Source of the DNA: an uncultured archaeon
GTDB lineage: Archaea > Asgardarchaeota > Lokiarchaeia > Sigyniarchaeales > SOKP01
Direction: 5' to 3'
DNA: 58,485 nt
NCBI GenBank assembly: GCA_964583985.1
Contig: CAZOYD010000012.1
Coordinates: 1 to 58,485 of the forward strand
The position numbers and the translations under genes were made by a program. A model generated the notes under the pieces. It ran no database searches. It saw only the letters and a program-made list of their open reading frames with translations, and had not been told where the DNA came from. Below are positions 12,405-22,850 of this stretch, one piece after another (within the stretch, counting starts at the first letter, position 1; every line of letters starts with the position of its first letter).

Positions 12405-13292
12405 ATGGATCATTTTAAAGAAGAAGGCAAGTTTAATGAAAATTCATACTTGATAGATGCAGAATTCATGAAGCTAAAGGGTACATTATCATTGTATCTT
12501 TTAGAAAATGATGGAATGCGATTGTTAATCGATACAGGAGAAACATTGGCTGCAAGAAAGGTCGTGAAAAAGCTTAAAGCTTTGAATTTTTTCCCAATCC
12601 ACAAGATACTACTTACTCATGCACATTGGGATCACATTCAAGCACTCCCTCGAATACTAAAACAAATGGAGGGGGAAGAAGTTGAAATATTCTCACATGA
12701 AAATGCTTTGCCGATTTTGAAACATCCCGAGGAAATGAACCACTTTTTTGAATATATCGTAGATCCTATTGAAAACGTGACTCCTCTAAAAGAAAACGAC
12801 ATTATTGATTTGAACGGATTTAAACTTCGCATTTACGAATTCTTTGGACACACGCAAGATTCAATTGTTGTATACGATAAGCTACATAAAAACATCATCG
12901 TAGGAGATGCGATCTTGGATCAGATTGACAACGATACATACTATGCAAACCTATACGGACCGCATTTCGATGAACCGTCATTATTGAGTTCATTTGAAAA
13001 ACTTCAAGGAATGAAGGATCAATTGGAATCCATATCTCTTGCTCACTTTGGAGTTTATAGTGGTGAAGGTTTTCAGCATTTTTTAGATAGTTTTAAAGAT
13101 AAATACATCAATGCTAAAGATTCAGTCATTAAATGGTATAATGAAAATCCCGACGTTAACTATATAACTCAAAAATACCAAGAATACATCATCCCCAATT
13201 CAAAAATATTCCCTAAAGAAAATCTCGGGGGAATACAATGGAACATGGAACAACATGTTAAAACCTTGAAAGCGATCGGTTTCATTAAATAA
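12405..13292 (+). CDS. Metallo-beta-lactamase fold hydrolase
   Basis: LIDTG, THAHWDH, GHT, VGDA, AHFG. Confidence 0.88.
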   Translation: MDHFKEEGKFNENSYLIDAEFMKLKGTLSLYLLENDGMRLLIDTGETLAARKVVKKLKALNFFPIHKILLTHAHWDHIQALPRILKQMEGEEVEIFSHENALPILKHPEEMNHFFEYIVDPIENVTPLKENDIIDLNGFKLRIYEFFGHTQDSIVVYDKLHKNIIVGDAILDQIDNDTYYANLYGPHFDEPSLLSSFEKLQGMKDQLESISLAHFGVYSGEGFQHFLDSFKDKYINAKDSVIKWYNENPDVNYITQKYQEYIIPNSKIFPKENLGGIQWNMEQHVKTLKAIGFIK

Positions 13293-13335
13293 GAATATAT
13301 AATTAAGATAAAATTCATTCAATTTTCCATTACTT

Positions 13336-13890
13336 TTGGTGATCCTCATGATTAAGACTGATAAAAAAGAATTACTGATTGGAGTGTTATCTGATACACA
13401 TATCCCACATAGGACCAAAGTGTTTCCTGAAATTGTGATAGAAGAATTTAAGAAAAGAAAGGTTGATTACATATTTCACCTAGGAGATTTTACCGAGTTT
13501 AAAGTATATCAACACCTTATTGATCAATTTGGAAAGGATAAAGTTATTGCGGTTCGAGGAAATATGGATTTTGATCATCAACTAAATGCTATTTTACCCG
13601 ATAAAATAGAATTGGAGATTTTTGGTCATAAACTCTTACTGGTTCATGGAATGGGCGGACCAAATATGATCATTAAGCGATTGATTAAAAATTTAAACCT
13701 TTCAAATAGTAGCAAAGATGTGGTAATTTTTGGTCACACACATAGACCCGAAAATGAAATTGTTGATGGAATTTTATTTTTTAGCCCGGGGACTACCTCT
13801 CCAATAGATAACAAGTTCACAGTGGTCAGTTCGTATGGTTATCTTAAAATTACAGAAGGTAAAATTGAACCCGAAATCATCCATCTATAG
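13336..13890 (+). CDS. YfcE/MJ0936/Vps29-family metallophosphoesterase
   Basis: SDTH, HLGD, RGNMD, VHG, FGHTH, SPG. Confidence 0.88.
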   Translation: MVILMIKTDKKELLIGVLSDTHIPHRTKVFPEIVIEEFKKRKVDYIFHLGDFTEFKVYQHLIDQFGKDKVIAVRGNMDFDHQLNAILPDKIELEIFGHKLLLVHGMGGPNMIIKRLIKNLNLSNSSKDVVIFGHTHRPENEIVDGILFFSPGTTSPIDNKFTVVSSYGYLKITEGKIEPEIIHL

Positions 13891-13979
13891 ATACAATTAT
13901 AGTAGAAGTAAATTTAGATTACAATCTTACTTAATGTATGATAAGATAAATTAAAAATTAGTGCTGGAGAATATTTTTC

Positions 13980-14600
13980 TTACCAAGAAGGACTTTCCAT
14001 TGCCTGACCCGAAAGTTTCTTGTAATGGTTTAAAACTGCTTGTCGTGCTCCGTATACAAAAGCTCTCTTCACGTTCACTCCTGTGATGGCAATGGTTTCA
14101 TAAATTAAGCAATGATTTAATTTCGCAGTGTCTAAAACTTGTCTGATCTTTGAAATTTCCACAATATCCTCCAAATCTCGCTTATTTGCTAAAAGAACCA
14201 AAGGAACCTCGGGTGGTTCTGCTATAGCTGTAGGTATGAGTTTGTTTCCATAGAATTTCAATAATTCTTTAAGGGACCAAATGTTCTCTCCCCACTGGTC
14301 GATTAGGGAATCCCAAGTAAATATTACGGCGTCAGTTCCTTTCAAAACTGTTTGACGTTGGAATTTATGACGTCTTTGGCCAGCTACTGTATAAACTTGA
14401 AATACTACATTCGATACACGCGCAACAACACGGTCAAAAAATAATGTTCGTCCAGTAGGATCTTGGATCTGTTGCATATCTCCACTTGCAAGCCCTTCTT
14501 TGTTATAAACCCATTCTAAGGCAGTTGTTTTCCCTCCCAAGGAAGGACCATAAAAGCAAATTTTGAAAACTAATGTTCCATCTCCCCGTCTACTTGGCAT
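13980..14600 (-). CDS. Small GTPase, MglA-like
   Basis: G1 GPSLGGKTT, RTLFFD switch I, TVAGQ (MglA-type G3 lacking Asp), G4 NKRD, G5 TIA. Confidence 0.85.
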   Translation of the reverse strand: MPSRRGDGTLVFKICFYGPSLGGKTTALEWVYNKEGLASGDMQQIQDPTGRTLFFDRVVARVSNVVFQVYTVAGQRRHKFQRQTVLKGTDAVIFTWDSLIDQWGENIWSLKELLKFYGNKLIPTAIAEPPEVPLVLLANKRDLEDIVEISKIRQVLDTAKLNHCLIYETIAITGVNVKRAFVYGARQAVLNHYKKLSGQAMESPSW

Positions 14601-14818
14601 GTAATTCGAACCTCAAGACTATTTTACATTAAAATTGATTATAATTTGATTTTGAAGATCTAATAATAATAATTATATATTAAATTTTGTAAATCAAAAG
14701 TTTTACGTTTATTAATTATTCAATTTCCTCGATTACAAATCTATTTTAAAGTAGTATCTAAATATCATAAAAATCATATCAATTAATACATAACACATTA
14801 ATGAATATTTTGTTATCT

Positions 14819-15106
14819 TTATTCTCGATACAAATGCAAGCCTTTAAAGAGCAAGATAAGCCCCATTATGAATACAGGTATAGTTAGAATAAACATAATG
14901 ATGTTAGGGATGAGATATCCAGGTTGTAGATTAATCCCTATTACAACGAGCATTCCCAAAATGAATAGTCCATAACCATATCCCATTGAAATAATCCCTA
15001 ATTGTTTTAAGTCCTTGAGAGGTCTCCTTCTGATTAAGAGAAATCCAATGATAATATAGTGGCTCCCCTTTTCAATTCGTTGTTTATCGATAATTTTTTG
15101 ACTCAT
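14819..15106 (-). CDS. Small hypothetical membrane protein
   Basis: 95-aa ORF with 2-3 hydrophobic segments. Confidence 0.5.
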   Translation of the reverse strand: MSQKIIDKQRIEKGSHYIIIGFLLIRRRPLKDLKQLGIISMGYGYGLFILGMLVVIGINLQPGYLIPNIIMFILTIPVFIMGLILLFKGLHLYRE

Positions 15107-15197
15107 ATAATTTTACCAATTAACATTTTATTTTAGAGTAATTGATAGAGTAATCATATGTTTATACAACCTAAAAAAAAGTTGTGATACTTTTTAT

Positions 15198-15848
15198 TTA
15201 GGAATAACAAAGATTCCATGTTGGATGATAAGAATGGATTAGGTTCATGATTTGTGTGAAACCTGTTGCATCGAAATATTTGGTTGGACAGTGTCTTAGT
15301 CCATTTTCTATAATGTCGAAGTGAATATGAGCTGATGCATTACATTGCAAGAACTCCGCAATAATATCACCTTTTTGGACCCAATCTCCTACTCCCACTT
15401 TGAACATTGAAATCTGTTGCTCTCTTTTTGATTCTACAGGAGTCCAAGGTTCGAAGTTATAGCCTACATTCACACTGGAATTAAATCTAATCCAAATTCT
15501 AACGTGGTACTTATTTTCTCCTGCTTCTTGGTGCGTTTCAATTTCCCAAACTTGACCGGGAGCTGCTGCAAGCACGTTTGTTCCATTATTGAAAAAATAA
15601 TCAATCCCATTGTGCTCGAAACCCCATGGACAACTCGCACTTTCGCTATATCCTTCATTAAACGCGTGGATATCTGATTCATAATCAAAAATGACACCCA
15701 TATAGTTGAGGTTTGTACTGGGATATCGGTTTCCTGGATTAAAGAACACGCCTGATCTATTTAAGAGATAAATAGCGGAAATTCCAACTATAATACTGAT
15801 TGCGATTATAATTATTAGCATCATTTTTTTTTTCAATAAAATCCCCAT
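15198..15848 (-). CDS. M23 peptidase-like protein with an N-terminal membrane anchor
   Basis: HNGIDY (HxxxD), VLAAAPGQV, VGVGDWVQKGDIIA, AHIHF (HxH); N-terminal TM helix. Confidence 0.75.
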   Translation of the reverse strand: MGILLKKKMMLIIIIAISIIVGISAIYLLNRSGVFFNPGNRYPSTNLNYMGVIFDYESDIHAFNEGYSESASCPWGFEHNGIDYFFNNGTNVLAAAPGQVWEIETHQEAGENKYHVRIWIRFNSSVNVGYNFEPWTPVESKREQQISMFKVGVGDWVQKGDIIAEFLQCNASAHIHFDIIENGLRHCPTKYFDATGFTQIMNLIHSYHPTWNLCYS

Positions 15849-15989
15849 GAATTATATGTTTCAATTTATATTTAATGATTAGGGAATAATGAATTTACTT
15901 GTAATAGCAGGCATGTATTCCCCTATAAATATTGTAATGATATCATATTTATTAAAATAATGTCGTATAATAATTTTTAATCAAAAAGG

Positions 15990-16117
15990 TGATCCTTCCA
16001 CACCACCGAGACCTAACGAAGAGGTCCGAAAGAGGTTAGGGAGAGGAGGGCGAAATAAGTGTGCGTATCCGCACTACCAAAAGACAAAAATCCAGGGTAG
16101 TGGTGTGGAAGGAATCA
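15990..16117 (-). ncRNA. Putative structured ncRNA or leader (GC-rich island closed by a ~17-bp stem)
   Basis: TGATCCTTCCACACCAC pairs with GTGGTGTGGAAGGAATCA; internal hairpins CCTAAC/GTTAGG and GTGCG/CGCAC; on the minus strand it is preceded by GAAA-TTTATAAA (16156-16167) and followed by a T5 tract. Confidence 0.55.
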
Positions 16118-16465
16118 TGATTTTTGGGTTTTTCATTATTATTATTTCTTATCAATTTATAAATTTCATCATTTGAATATATAAAAAAAAAAATCGAATG
16201 ATTTTTGACGTGATTTATTTACACAAATCAAGAAGATAAATTAATATCGAACTATTGGAAGATGTAAAAAAAATGAAGAATCTCTCAAGGAATGGTATTT
16301 TCAAGTTGATAGAAGTTAATTCATTATCCATTGCGTGGATTTATCTCATAATCCAAACAATTCTGAAGGATTCAAAATTCTTTTTTTAGATCTAATATAG
16401 AATTATACAAGAATAATATCATAATATGATTAAATAAAAATAACCTGTATCAAGATAGAACGATC

Positions 16466-17611
16466 ATGCGAGCGATTACTGAAGAAAAATTCGAATTAAT
16501 CTTGAAATTTTTAGAAGAAAACAAAATCGATGTTCTCCTGATAACGGATAGCGAAAATAGCCGGAATGTGAACTTACAATATCTTTCTGGTCATCCAACC
16601 GACGCTACCATGCTAATAAAATCAAGTGGAGAATCGTTTTTAATTCCTTGGGATATTGCCTTAGCGGAAAAACATTCTGAAGTTGAGGAAATTATAAATC
16701 CAGCGAATTTTAGTTTCAACACGCTTCTAACCTTAAAAGATTTATTTGAAAATCGCTGGAAAAAATCTGAGATCATGGTTGGGGTCCATTCAATGACGAG
16801 TTATGGATATATCGTAAAAATGAAAGCGCTTATACCGGGAGTTAAATTTTTTGAAGAGCCGATCCAAATAGGGCAACTTTTGCAGGAATTAAGAGCTACT
16901 AAAACAGAATTTGAGATTAAGAGTTTAATTAAAGCAGCGGAGATTGGGACGAAAACGATCAATGATATCCGGGAATTTTGCATGAATTCTCCCAATGGTA
17001 CTGAGAAGGAATTATCATTTTTGGTAAGAAAAAAAATCGCAGATTATGGGGGTGATGATATTGCTTTCGAGACGCTTGTTGCAAATTCTTCGCGAGCACA
17101 TGAACTTCACCAATATCCTTTTGCTAGTGATCAAAAATTTGGATTACCAGGATTAGCATTAATCGATTTTGGAGCAAAATATCAGGGATATCATAGTGAC
17201 ATTACGATTCCGATTAGTTTCGGTAAATTATCGGATGAACAAAATAAAATGCGTGAATTCACCATCAATGCGTACGAAACCGCAATTGAAATGATTGATA
17301 TCGGTGTACCATTATGGAAAATTCATGATACAGCAGAACAAATACTTAAGAAAGGAGGATATTCCATGCCTTATGCCTTAGGTCATGGTTTAGGGTTGAC
17401 TGAACACGATTCGCCAATTATTAGCCGAAAACCTACCGATGAGTATTCAAAAAAACACTGGAAGGAAGAAACAATCCAAGATGGAATGGTGTTTACCATT
17501 GAACCGGGAGCCTATAAACAGGGATTAGGAGGCCAAAGACTCGAAAATGACTTCTTAATTCGGAATGGCAAGGTAGAACTAATCACAAAATCAGAGCCCT
17601 TGGAATTTTAG
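16466..17611 (+). CDS. Xaa-Pro peptidase family (M24B)
   Basis: Creatinase-like N-domain; IDFGA..GYHSDIT, GHGLGL..HD, FTIEPG.Y, RLEND. Confidence 0.9.
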   Translation: MRAITEEKFELILKFLEENKIDVLLITDSENSRNVNLQYLSGHPTDATMLIKSSGESFLIPWDIALAEKHSEVEEIINPANFSFNTLLTLKDLFENRWKKSEIMVGVHSMTSYGYIVKMKALIPGVKFFEEPIQIGQLLQELRATKTEFEIKSLIKAAEIGTKTINDIREFCMNSPNGTEKELSFLVRKKIADYGGDDIAFETLVANSSRAHELHQYPFASDQKFGLPGLALIDFGAKYQGYHSDITIPISFGKLSDEQNKMREFTINAYETAIEMIDIGVPLWKIHDTAEQILKKGGYSMPYALGHGLGLTEHDSPIISRKPTDEYSKKHWKEETIQDGMVFTIEPGAYKQGLGGQRLENDFLIRNGKVELITKSEPLEF

Positions 17612-17775
17612 ATATTCTAACTTAATATTGTAGGGTTTTTAACTCGCTGCTTTATCATGAAGAATTTTACTTTCCATAACGAACAAGATATTATTTTATA
17701 AATATGAGTAAAAGAGATTGGATGCTACATGCCCGAACCTAAAAATTTTCTACAAGTACGCCATTAAACTGAATT

Positions 17776-18213
17776 TTAATCATAGTAGTAAGGGTATGAA
17801 TGAAATAAGCTGAAGAGCATCGAGAATAAAAAGATGAAATAAATGATCCAACATAGAATGCCAAGTACGCCCAGTATCAAGCCAACTTTACCTGTTACGG
17901 AATCTTTATCTCTTGATCGCGCCATTGAGCCAAAAATTATTGCAATGATACTTCCAATTATGGGAAGTATGCAAATTCCTAATATTCCAAAAATCAAGGC
18001 GATAATTCCATTGGTGTCTGAAGGTTGGTAATATCGTGGCTGAACTTGAGATTGTGAAGCAATATTTTGAGGTATTGAAGAAACATATTGAACTGGTGGA
18101 GGAATGTTACTCTCCACGCTTGAGGGGATGAATTCGTTTAACTCATGACCACAATTAGGACAAAATCTGGAATCTGGATCTACTTGACTTCCGCACTCTG
18201 GACAAAAGTTCAT
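17776..18213 (-). CDS. Zinc-ribbon plus DUF4190-like membrane protein
   Basis: FCPECG...FCPNCG; two C-terminal TM helices (IIALIFGILG...GLILG). Confidence 0.75.
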   Translation of the reverse strand: MNFCPECGSQVDPDSRFCPNCGHELNEFIPSSVESNIPPPVQYVSSIPQNIASQSQVQPRYYQPSDTNGIIALIFGILGICILPIIGSIIAIIFGSMARSRDKDSVTGKVGLILGVLGILCWIIYFIFLFSMLFSLFHSYPYYYD

Positions 18214-18389
18214 ATGCTAGAAAGAGATAAGTTCCTTTTTATAGTTATTCATTTACCTTACCAACTATATTATTCACTGATTACACTTTTTTGAGAATTA
18301 ATGTTAAATATAACCTTACTTAATCGAATCTTATATATTGACTATTTACATATCAAAAATTATTTTTTTATTAAAAACCTAATGAGAAA

Positions 18390-18572
18390 TTACAATTCAG
18401 AATCGATAAATTCAAGTAATTCGGAGATTAAATCACTTACAGATAATACTTTCGATAAATAGTCAGTAATTTCTAAGAAATCTTGAACTTTTTCATCTAA
18501 AATGTATGGGGTATCTGGATCCTTAACTAGATCGGTTTCATTAGATTTCATGATTGATTCTTCATGAGACAT
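18390..18572 (-). CDS. Small acidic hypothetical protein
   Basis: ORF with GGTGA SD 5 nt before ATG (MSHEES...). Confidence 0.5.
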   Translation of the reverse strand: MSHEESIMKSNETDLVKDPDTPYILDEKVQDFLEITDYLSKVLSVSDLISELLEFIDSEL

Positions 18573-18702
18573 AACATTCACCTATTTGAGTTTAAATATT
18601 TTAGAGAACCCAGTTCTAATAAAGTACGAAAAAAAGAACAGTGAATGGACTCTTAGATTTTCCTTAGATTAGATAAAAAAGGATAAAATTATTGCGTTAA
18701 AG

Positions 18703-19854
18703 TTAGTAAAAAGGGTTATGGTAATACACGTTTTCTACTTCTTCAGTTAAGAATCTCTGCGTGATTTCTTTGTCAATTATTCCTTCAATATGGCATAAAT
18801 ATTCATATTCATCCTTCATGCATAATGTAATTGCTACTCCCTTCTTATTCATGCGAGATGTTCTCCCAATGCGGTGAACATAATTCTCAGGAAATTTTGG
18901 AACATCATAATTAATAACATGAGAAATGTTATCAATATCTAATCCACGTGCAGCTACATCCGTGGCAACTAGAAGATTTATCTCATGGTTCTTAAACTTA
19001 TTAAGAATGGTTTCCCTTTGATATTGAGAGAAATCGCCAGATATTGCCGCCACTTTGAACCTTCCATTTTTTTGAGATTTCAATTTGTTGCTCAGCCAGT
19101 TTACTGTTTTCTTGGTGTTTACAAATACTAGTGCATGCTCGGGTTTTTCTTTTTTCAATATCTTTGTAAATGTCTTAAATTTATCCTTGAAATTATCTAC
19201 TAGGTAGTAAACTTGTTTTGTATTGTGAACTGTAAGATCATCCTTGCTTAAATTAAGAAATTTGAATTGATTTCCGGAATAATTTTTAACCAGATCTCTA
19301 ATTTCTGAATGAAGTGTTGCAGAAAATAACATGAATTGATATTTTGATTTAATTTGGTTTAGTATGTATTTCACATCAGGAGCAAATCCAAAATCCCATA
19401 AACGGTCAGCTTCATCAAGGCATATGAATTTGATTTTGCTCAAATTTAAGGTTTTCCTTTTATAAAGATCTATAATTCTTCCAGGGGTTCCTACGATAAA
19501 GTTGACACCATGCTGCAATTTAGCAATTTGGTTATTAATTGATACACCCCCATATATGGTCATTGATTTTATTTTTGGGTCTTTCAGATCCAAAATTACT
19601 TGATGCACTTGTACGGCAAGCTCTCGAGTGGGAACTAATACTAAAGCTTCATTTAATGCGGGTTCCATCCGTTCTAAGATAGGAAGAACAAATGCCAAGG
19701 TTTTTCCGCTTCCAGTCCGAGCTTGAGCCATTACATGCTGCCCTTCTAAAAGGAGGGGGATTGCTTTTTTTTGGACGGGAGTCGGCGTCGTTATGTCTAA
19801 ATCATTTAAAGCGTTAACGAATCGATCGCTTATACCTAAATCTTTAAAATTCAA
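18703..19854 (-). CDS. DEAD-box RNA helicase
   Basis: Q motif, ARTGSGKT, PTRELA, GTPGR, DEAD, SAT, ARGLD, HRIGRTSR. Confidence 0.95.
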   Translation of the reverse strand: MNFKDLGISDRFVNALNDLDITTPTPVQKKAIPLLLEGQHVMAQARTGSGKTLAFVLPILERMEPALNEALVLVPTRELAVQVHQVILDLKDPKIKSMTIYGGVSINNQIAKLQHGVNFIVGTPGRIIDLYKRKTLNLSKIKFICLDEADRLWDFGFAPDVKYILNQIKSKYQFMLFSATLHSEIRDLVKNYSGNQFKFLNLSKDDLTVHNTKQVYYLVDNFKDKFKTFTKILKKEKPEHALVFVNTKKTVNWLSNKLKSQKNGRFKVAAISGDFSQYQRETILNKFKNHEINLLVATDVAARGLDIDNISHVINYDVPKFPENYVHRIGRTSRMNKKGVAITLCMKDEYEYLCHIEGIIDKEITQRFLTEEVENVYYHNPFY

Positions 19855-20010
19855 TTTTGATTATCACTAAAATTTCTAAAATCACTCTGCTACTCATTTA
19901 CTAGTATTTTTTAAAATAGTTAAAGTTTTCTAAAATTGTTTAAATTGGTGCGCCTTGAGAAAAAATTAATACAGTAACAATTATGAAATGATATATGGGA
20001 TTTTAGTGAA

Positions 20011-22191
20011 TTAATGGAATATTATTTGATTTACTAGTTCATCCAATTTTGTTAATTTGTGATGAATGAAGGTTCTAACTTTATTTACGGTGATTTTTGG
20101 ATTATTCAATACCAGATCTCTCACAACAGTGTGATATTTTTTTCCTTTAATTGCTAAAGTCCGATGGAGTGGAATATCACCATTATAAATTGGTATTGGA
20201 TATGAAAATGGTCTTTTATGTATGTGTCGACTTGACTTTATAAGTTTCATACTTTTGGATAAGATGGGTGCGTTGAAAATTGCAGAAAGGAAATATGCTT
20301 CATATTGAGAATCTGTTGAGTAATAATAATTCTCGGAACCTATTATAAGATTCTTCTTCTTATTGGAGATGACCGCGGATTTCAAACTCGAGCCGCTTGC
20401 ATTATATATAACTAAATGTGCTTTAGTTTCAACTTGTTTAGTTAATTTATTCCAATAATTAACGTTTGAAAAGAGTGTATTAATATCACTAGTTGATTTC
20501 TTATTTTTTATGTAATAGGCGTTCATCTCATTGTAAAACTTATACGCCATTGGATATTTTTCAAGATACTTCTCGTCAAATTGAAAATTATTATCGATGG
20601 GCAAAAATATATTCTTGAATCCCTTTATACAAAAGGGTAATAAATCCATGTTTAAAAACGTTTTAAAGCGAAATGGTTTCTCTATTTCCATTTGATCAAA
20701 ACGTCGTTTCCATTGGCTTTTTGAACGGGATACTACATCAAGATCTGGTGATATTAGATAAGTGTTTTCCAATTTCTCATCAATTTTGAAAAAAAGTAAA
20801 GATCTAGGAACGAGAGTAGCACCTTGGTAGAAAAATTTTTTATAACTGCTTTCAGATAATTTTTTATGATTCAATAAGTCCTCTTCGGGTAAGATAATTC
20901 TTGCACCATCATCATCTAACTTTAGACTATCATACATTACTTCTTTTATAAGTTTTATATTCTCGTCATATATCTTTGTGTGTATTGGATACTTATCATG
21001 TATTGGAACAAAATTATCCTTTCCAATATATGTGGCTTTCAAACAGATATGATTTACATTGAAGAAATAACTCTGAGGGAAATCCCAAATTTGAATTTCA
21101 TCAAATAATCTGAATGATCGAAACTTATAACAATGGTCGCCATTTAGTACGCTCTTGGTAATGACGAAAAATATCTTCCCATTGATCTTTAAATATTTCA
21201 ATGGGATCGCATAGAAAAATATGCTGGCTAATTCTATATGAGTTGTATATTGACTTGAAGGCTTGATTAAGACCTCCTCAGCCAAATCTCTGATCTTTTT
21301 TTGATAGGTTTTTTCAAATAAATCTTTGTACGTTAACCAAGGAGGATTACCAATTATCAAATCTAACGAGTGAAAAATGTGTGTAATATGAATTTTTTGG
21401 TCTAAAGAAGAATCTTCGGGAAATAAAGAATCCATCAAGAAAATATTCAAATTTGTATCACTTAATTTATCAAATTCCAAGAAATCAATTAAGATCATCA
21501 ATAAATTAGTCTTTGTAGTTAAAACAGCTAAAGGATTAACATCAAATCCAAGAATGGAATTGATAAAATCAATTTTTTTTCCTTCATTAACGGAAGCTCT
21601 AAGTATTATAAGTAATATTTCTAACAGGAATGTACCAGATCCGCAAGAAGGATCCAAAACTTTCATGCTTAATTCATACACATCATCTACCATCTCTTTA
21701 ACGAGGATTGGAGGTGTATAAAATTCTCCAATTTTATGGCGCATGTCTGATATGAATATTTGTTGATATAATTTATGAAAGAGGTCTTCATGGGAAAAAG
21801 TCATGTTTTTATACCTATTAATTCCTAATAGATTGGCAACATGTTCAAACTCGACCCAGTCGAATAAAGCTTCTTCTTCCTTGAAAATTCTCTTATAAAA
21901 CTGCAATTCTTCTTTAAAATCATTGTATTTTCTTAACTTGCTAAATAGTAGAGCTTTAAGTATTATTGAATAATAAGTGTGCTTTAAAAAAAGTTCTTGA
22001 GAAATTTTTACATCATACAAGTTTTTAAAATGTGAGCACCAAGATTCATAATGTTGTTTAAATAATGATTTTGATTTGATTGCAAGATCCGCAAGAATCT
22101 TCATTGAATCTTCGAATAATTTTGATTTTAACCCAAATTGAGTTATAATCAGATTAGCATTATATTTGTTCTTTTCTGTGGACATCAACAT
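20011..22191 (-). CDS. N6-adenine DNA methyltransferase (gamma class, with a long C-terminal TRD)
   Basis: GEFYTP, VLDPSCGSGTFL (motif I), IIGNPPW (motif IV). Confidence 0.85.
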   Translation of the reverse strand: MLMSTEKNKYNANLIITQFGLKSKLFEDSMKILADLAIKSKSLFKQHYESWCSHFKNLYDVKISQELFLKHTYYSIILKALLFSKLRKYNDFKEELQFYKRIFKEEEALFDWVEFEHVANLLGINRYKNMTFSHEDLFHKLYQQIFISDMRHKIGEFYTPPILVKEMVDDVYELSMKVLDPSCGSGTFLLEILLIILRASVNEGKKIDFINSILGFDVNPLAVLTTKTNLLMILIDFLEFDKLSDTNLNIFLMDSLFPEDSSLDQKIHITHIFHSLDLIIGNPPWLTYKDLFEKTYQKKIRDLAEEVLIKPSSQYTTHIELASIFFYAIPLKYLKINGKIFFVITKSVLNGDHCYKFRSFRLFDEIQIWDFPQSYFFNVNHICLKATYIGKDNFVPIHDKYPIHTKIYDENIKLIKEVMYDSLKLDDDGARIILPEEDLLNHKKLSESSYKKFFYQGATLVPRSLLFFKIDEKLENTYLISPDLDVVSRSKSQWKRRFDQMEIEKPFRFKTFLNMDLLPFCIKGFKNIFLPIDNNFQFDEKYLEKYPMAYKFYNEMNAYYIKNKKSTSDINTLFSNVNYWNKLTKQVETKAHLVIYNASGSSLKSAVISNKKKNLIIGSENYYYSTDSQYEAYFLSAIFNAPILSKSMKLIKSSRHIHKRPFSYPIPIYNGDIPLHRTLAIKGKKYHTVVRDLVLNNPKITVNKVRTFIHHKLTKLDELVNQIIFH

Positions 22192-22271
22192 TCAATTAAA
22201 TACTTTAAAGATACCATTTGGAATTAATCAGATCCTATAAAGAAAGTAGATTGTAATAATAATTCACCTAG

Positions 22272-22808
22272 TTAGCTCCGCATAAAAGATGGAAGCATCA
22301 AATTAAATATTTGAGCAATTTTCCGCAATTTTGAGGTTTCGCTAATGACTGAGACAATTAAAATAGATTTTTCTAAATCATCCTTATCCAAGGACCCTCC
22401 AGAATAAATAGCTTTTTCAGAGTTGAAAACTAATAAATATCGAACATTTGGATTATTAATAATTTTGATGCCGGGAGTAAGCTTTAAATCATCATAAATT
22501 TCTTGAAACTCTTTAGGTATATTGCTTCTATCATTCATTATTAATAAAACAGCCACACCTTTCTGGGTTAATCGTTTTAATTCAGTAGCATAAAATTTAT
22601 CTATTTTAGTTGTAACAATATTTAACTGAGTTTTGGTATGAATTAATAATTCGAGAAGATGTTCATTTAAAACATTCTTCCTTTCTGGGCCACCTGAAGA
22701 CTCGAATTTGACCATCCCAACCAGTGATAATACCTTATTTTCTAGATTTTGCACTTGTTCCTTCAATCTTTGATTCTCCGTGCGAAGTTCTAATATTCTA
22801 TCTGAAAT
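22272..22808 (-). CDS. Coiled-coil plus degenerate PLD-like domain protein (probable ATT start at 22808)
   Basis: Frame is open 14 codons upstream of the annotated TTG; GGTGA lies 6 nt before ATT; PLD-like pattern (LNIVTTKID, AIYSGGSL) without HxK. Confidence 0.55.
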   Translation of the reverse strand: MSDRILELRTENQRLKEQVQNLENKVLSLVGMVKFESSGGPERKNVLNEHLLELLIHTKTQLNIVTTKIDKFYATELKRLTQKGVAVLLIMNDRSNIPKEFQEIYDDLKLTPGIKIINNPNVRYLLVFNSEKAIYSGGSLDKDDLEKSILIVSVISETSKLRKIAQIFNLMLPSFMRS

Positions 22809-22850
22809 TACATATCACCATTAATATTCATTAACTATTAGATATTATAT

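Noticed and set aside
15987-16001. Minus-strand GGAAGGATCACCT resembling an SSU rRNA 3' end
   Set aside because: No helix 45 or other rRNA sequence upstream; short match, probably chance
16011-16040. Hammerhead ribozyme core (GAAGAG...CGAAA)
   Set aside because: Lacks CUGAnGA and correctly placed stems
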